The position numbers were made by a program, and so were the translations under genes. DNA of 64,000 nt, from the NCBI RefSeq assembly GCF_018977255.1, contig NW_024704767.1:7316001-7380000 (forward strand), read 5' to 3'. Under the pieces are notes generated by a model. It was not told where the DNA came from and searched no databases. It saw nothing but the letters and a program-made list of their open reading frames with translations. This document shows positions 59,591 to 64,000 of the stretch, piece by piece. This DNA is from Callorhinchus milii. Its lineage: Eukaryota. Every line of letters begins with the position of its first letter. Positions within the stretch are counted from its first letter, which is position 1.

Positions 59591-60419
59591 TTTGGAGCGA
59601 TTATTATTATAAAGTCTGAAAGCAACCAATTGTTAGCACCAGTTAAGCGTTTGCTAACTGAGTGGATCAGTCTTTGAAGGTGATCAGGTTGCTGCTGAGG
59701 CCAAACTGAATTGGAACCAGGTTCCCCTATTCTTTCGTGGTTCCCAATTATCACAAGAACACCACTGATGCATGAAAGTCAGTGGTTTGGCTGTTTAAAC
59801 AGCTGTAAGGATGAGCTCAGATTCGCACTGGGTATAAATTGGATGCATCGTTGCAAAGATACACAGCTGAAGATATACAGATTCCGGTGCTCTTTATTAA
59901 ACTGATTTCCGAGTTCATTATTTTGGGACATCTCAATGCTAACACCGAATGCAAAGATTATGATGATGATGATGATGATTGAGCAGTGAGCACATCAGGG
60001 TCATGGACAGCCTGGATCCGGTATCTAAAATGCGCATTCGCAGCGATAAAAAGACGTGGAGAGCTTTCGGAGGCGATTCATATAGAACCCCTCCCACAGC
60101 TATTGAGCTGCTTAATGTCGCTGTTTATATATATATATATACATAAATATATTTTTAAAAAATCTACGCCTTCAAATCCACACACGAATACTGCCGCTGC
60201 AAACCGGGGGATGTTTTGCAAAGGACCATCAGCTGTGATGCTCCCGAGCAGACAGTTTAATGCGCTGAATGTTGACACCGGGCACCGCGCAAACAAAAAT
60301 AAGAGGTTCCGAACCACAATTCGCGCAGTGCAGCGGAAGGTGTGTTTGCAACAAACACTTAACCGTGAGATCCGCGCACACGTTTGCAAAGGTTGGTTCC
60401 AGTTATGCCATTGAGCTGT

Positions 60420-60562
60420 TGGTTGGGGTTGGGGGGTGGGGGCTGGTGCTGGGGGGTGGGGGCTGGGGTTGGGGGGTGGGGGCTGGTGCTGGGGTTGGGG
60501 GTGGGGGCTGGTGCTGGGGTTGGGGGGTGGGGGCTGGGGGTGGGGGCTGGGGTTGGGGTTGC
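60420..60562. repeat. G-rich tandem repeat (GGGGTT/GGGGCT/GGTGCT hexamers) upstream of ULK3
   Basis: direct reading; many G4-G6 runs. Confidence 0.93.
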
Positions 60563-60755
60563 GAACCCTGAGCTATTTCTGCCTTTCGCGTTCCCCCGGA
60601 AGCGTTACTCTGTATACGGAGGGAAGCGGTGCGCGTTGCAGAGGCTTCTGTTTCTGTTTGTGGGACGAAGGAAAGCGAAAGGAGCGGCTGCAGAGAGTGG
60701 GATGTGTTGCTGTGCTGCCCGAGGGCATTGACCATCTCCTGGATTAGCTTCACCC

Positions 60756-61253
60756 NNNNNNNNNNNNNNNNNNNNNNNNNNNNNNNNNNNNNNNNNNNNN
60801 NNNNNNNNNNNNNNNNNNNNNNNNNNNNNNNNNNNNNNNNNNNNNNNNNNNNNNNNNNNNNNNNNNNNNNNNNNNNNNNNNNNNNNNNNNNNNNNNNNNN
60901 NNNNNNNNNNNNNNNNNNNNNNNNNNNNNNNNNNNNNNNNNNNNNNNNNNNNNNNNNNNNNNNNNNNNNNNNNNNNNNNNNNNNNNNNNNNNNNNNNNNN
61001 NNNNNNNNNNNNNNNNNNNNNNNNNNNNNNNNNNNNNNNNNNNNNNNNNNNNNNNNNNNNNNNNNNNNNNNNNNNNNNNNNNNNNNNNNNNNNNNNNNNN
61101 NNNNNNNNNNNNNNNNNNNNNNNNNNNNNNNNNNNNNNNNNNNNNNNNNNNNNNNNNNNNNNNNNNNNNNNNNNNNNNNNNNNNNNNNNNNNNNNNNNNN
61201 NNNNNNNNNNNNNNNNNNNNNNNNNNNNNNNNNNNNNNNNNNNNNNNNNNNNN
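60756..61253. other. Assembly gap (N run)
   Basis: ~498 N. Confidence 0.99.
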
Positions 61254-61278
61254 GGTGGTGGCTGTATGGGAGCCCAGG

Positions 61279-61377
61279 ATGGCTGCTGCTTGCGCTCCAC
61301 CCAAATTGGAAGGTTTTATCCTGACCGAGAGACTGGGCAGTGGCACCTATGCCACTGTGTACAAAGCCTACAGGAAG
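61279..61377 (+). CDS. ULK3: ULK3 exon 1 ([33 protein letters not shown])
   Basis: Gly-rich loop, gtgagg donor; ATG 25 nt after the N gap. Confidence 0.9.
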
Positions 61378-61557
61378 GTGAGGATCAACAGAGGGGTTGT
61401 CATTGGGGGGGTGGGGGGAACCTACAGTTTGGGCATTGTCCTAAAACAGAGAGACAAGGGATTGCTTATATGGTTTCAAACCCCAAAGCAAGTTTCGAGA
61501 TCAATCATGAGCCCCCTTTGTTTTCTTTTAAACAATCCAGTGGTTACAAAGAATTTG

Positions 61558-61810
61558 TGGAGTCCCGTAGCGTGTTGGTCAAAGCACTTGCCTCGCAAGC
61601 GAGAGGGCTCGATTATTGACCACCCGGACAGGTCAGAACTTTAGGAACGTTTCCTTACTCCACACGCCTCTGTTTACGCCTCTGACCATTTCCCCCCTGC
61701 TCGGGTCATGACCCAACTGTGCAGCGCCTTGGGACGTCCTCCTGACGTGAAAGGCGCTTTATAAATGGAATCTTGTTGTTGTACCTGGTAATAAGTAGAA
61801 ACCCGGTTAT
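61558..61810 (+). mobile_element. Family-A SINE head interrupted by an L2 3' end (61682-61782) in ULK3 intron 1
   Basis: gtagcgtgttggtcaaagcac...tttccttactccacacgcctctgtttac, then L2 tail ...ggaatcttgttgttg, then tacctggtaataagtagaaacccgg. Confidence 0.78.
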
Positions 61811-62135
61811 CCATTAGGCCTGCCCCCCTGCCCTCTCTCCCACACTCTTTTATGGAATCAATGTAAAAACCTTAGTAGTAAAAACATTTAAGGGACACGG
61901 GGAGAGAACAGGAAAGTGGGATTCATTTCATTAGAAGAAAGACAATGTAGCAGTGAAACAGACACAATGGCTGAGTGGCCCCTTTCTGTGCAGAAAATAT
62001 TTATGTTTCTATTATTTATTGTTCCACTTATTATAATAATAATATAGATGGACCAACATTGTCTTTTCTGGTCCTCTATGCTCTTATGTCCCATTCTGTT
62101 TAATTTCCTTCAATGGCTCCTCCATATTTCAACAG

Positions 62136-62276
62136 GCTAACAATCGCGAGGTTGTGGCTATCAAGTGCATCAGTAAGAAGAGTTTGAACAAAGCTTCGGT
62201 GGAGAATCTACTGACTGAGATTGAGATTCTGAAGACTGTCCAGCACCCTCATATTGTACAACTCAAGGATTTTCAG
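62136..62276 (+). CDS. ULK3: ULK3 exon 2 ([11 protein letters not shown]...[11 protein letters not shown]...KDFQ)
   Basis: caacag/gtgtgt. Confidence 0.95.
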
Positions 62277-62888
62277 GTGTGTTTGCCATAAGATGCTGTA
62301 GGCATGGTAATGTTTAAAGAGGTCCAGACTGAATTGGATGTTTTTAATCAAAAATAATAAGATCTTTTAAAAAAAATAACCAGCAAAGTGATGGTCTGTG
62401 TATTGAGTGATTGTTGGTGCTCTGTAATCATCCGCTGTAATCATCCGCTGGTACCTGAGAGCAACCCAGTTTAATTTGCATTCAACTTCTTTACGCTGGC
62501 TTGTCTGGTTTCTGCTCCCTGCTTCCCTCGCATTGTTGGGACTTGATGTTCAGAGACTCAGGCCAGTTGCCTCACTTTCTGTCACGACAAAAAAATCGCT
62601 GTTTCCCTGCCCCGTTCAAGGTCCCTCATTTATTGAGTCGTGCAGTGAACACATCCATGACCTCAAGATCAAGAGCGTGTGAAAGTTGCCCTTTGTGGGA
62701 CAGTTCCAGAGCACTGGAATATTTAGAGAAATTCCTGGGCAATCAGAGACTTATGTGGAGATGGGAAAGAATTTTCCTTCTGTCTTGGTTTTCCCACTGG
62801 GGGTGGCGGGAGGTCTTGGCTTCTTAGCCAGATGGCTGCACAAGTTAACAACTCGTTTGATGGTTTGATCTCATTCCCTCATTGCTAG

Positions 62889-63009
62889 TGGGACAGTAAC
62901 AACATTTACCTGATCATGGAGTTTGCGGCCGCTGGGGATCTCTCTCGCTTCATCCGAAGCCGCAGGATTCTCCCCGAGCGAGTGGCACGTCGCTTCCTTC
63001 AGCAGCTCG
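62889..63009 (+). CDS. ULK3: ULK3 exon 3 ([12 protein letters not shown]...FLQQL)
   Basis: tgctag/gtaaga. Confidence 0.94.
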
Positions 63010-63034
63010 GTAAGAAGGGAACCGCTTTCATAAG

Positions 63035-63430
63035 AGAACTCGCTTTTTTATAGCATCTTATCACATCGAAAGAGCTCATGTGCTTTACTGTAATTTCCTT
63101 TAAGTTTCAGGTCTGTTTTTTTCTAGGCAAACGTGGCAGTCATTTTATTCATAGCAATGTCTCATAAATAGCCATGAAGCACACGACCAATCCATCTGGA
63201 AGATTGTTGGCCAGGACATCATGCAAAACTCTCTTCTCTTTTCGAATGGTGTTCCATTAATGTCCAAATGAGGAACAGGCTGATGGGACCTTGGTTTAAC
63301 TGCTTAACCCCAAATACGACACTTTTGTCAATGTGCAGAGTTTCCCAGAATGGCACCAGAATATCAGATAATCTGGGAGCCCAAGTCTCAAAGTGGAACT
63401 TGAACCTTCTGCCCAGTTGTTGGTGTGTTC
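63035..63430 (-). mobile_element. Degenerate tRNA-Deu SINE in ULK3 intron 3
   Basis: ttggccaggacatc..ctcttttcgaatggtgttcc, gtggaacttgaacc, as in the 36025-36262 copy. Confidence 0.65.
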
Positions 63431-63731
63431 TAGCTGTTCAGATGGGCATTAAAGGTCTTGTGATACAATTCAAAAAGAGAAGGGAGATTTCTTTGCATCA
63501 CCATAAGTGGCTGAGCCTTTGGTCATTATGCCCCAAGCTTTTCTCCCTACCTGTATCCCTCTGCCTCACCCCTGCTCTATCAATCTTTAAATCCCACCTT
63601 AAAACATGCCTCTTTGACCACATCTATGGTCACCTACTTTTTCTCGGCATCCTACCACACCACTACAAAGCGCTCCAAAGTGTTATCCTATGTGAAGGGA
63701 GTTCTAAGTTGGTGTATTTTCCCTTTGTCAG

Positions 63732-63836
63732 CCTCAGCTCTTCAGTATCTGCATGTGCGTAACATCTCTCACCTTGACCTGAAGCCGCAGAACATTCTCC
63801 TGAGTTCCGTGAACACACCTCACCTCAAACTTGCTG
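63732..63836 (+). CDS. ULK3: ULK3 exon 4 ([23 protein letters not shown]...LKLA)
   Basis: tgtcag/gtgagt; catalytic loop. Confidence 0.95.
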
Positions 63837-64000
63837 GTGAGTAATCGTGTCTCAGGATTCCTGATCTTTAATCAGACTCTTGTCTGTTGCTCACTCCCCG
63901 CTCCCTTCTCTCTTTCATTGCAGGCTGAGCCTTTAGGCCCAAGCCCCTAACCTCTGTAACTCATTTCCAAAACCATATTGTGTTGCTACCTCTCTTCCTG

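Larger units (their letters stand above)
61279..63836 (+). other. ULK3: ULK3 gene, 5' part (Ser/Thr kinase); continues beyond the window
   Basis: Exons 61279-61377, 62136-62276, 62889-63009, 63732-63836; [24 protein letters not shown]; downstream of SCAMP2 on the same strand as in human. Confidence 0.94.

Noticed and set aside
60605-61346. ORFs of 198-231 aa spanning X residues
   Set aside because: Artefacts of the N gap.

Overview
Vertebrate genomic DNA with GT-AG introns and one ~498-nt N gap (60756-61253). The repeat landscape (abundant L2-clade LINE 3' fragments, tRNA/Deu-domain SINEs with L2-type tails, Penelope-type fragments) and compact introns point to a cartilaginous fish, plausibly elephant shark; this is inference. 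Six protein-coding genes were reconstructed by hand from splice sites and phase: the last 6 exons of STRA6 (+, 351-4333), single-coding-exon ISLR2/Linx (-, 8923-10932), STOML1 (-, 7 exons, 25015-29903), MPI (-, 8 exons, 32944-41243), SCAMP2 (+, 9 exons, 43228-55955) and the first 4 exons of ULK3 (+, 61279-63836). All six lie on human 15q24, but here two human sub-blocks are adjacent and ISLR, PML and FAM219B are not seen. Most notable observations: two ~125-bp mobile units in SCAMP2 introns that carry a minimal hammerhead-ribozyme core (one with a clean 13-bp target-site duplication); a natural Tyr->Phe at the STRA6 Y643-equivalent site; a 1-nt frame disruption in MPI exon 6 that an upstream acceptor could rescue; and three CTCF-like motifs spaced 36 bp apart at the STOML1/MPI junction. 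Most short ORFs in the supplied track are repeat-derived or antisense shadows.
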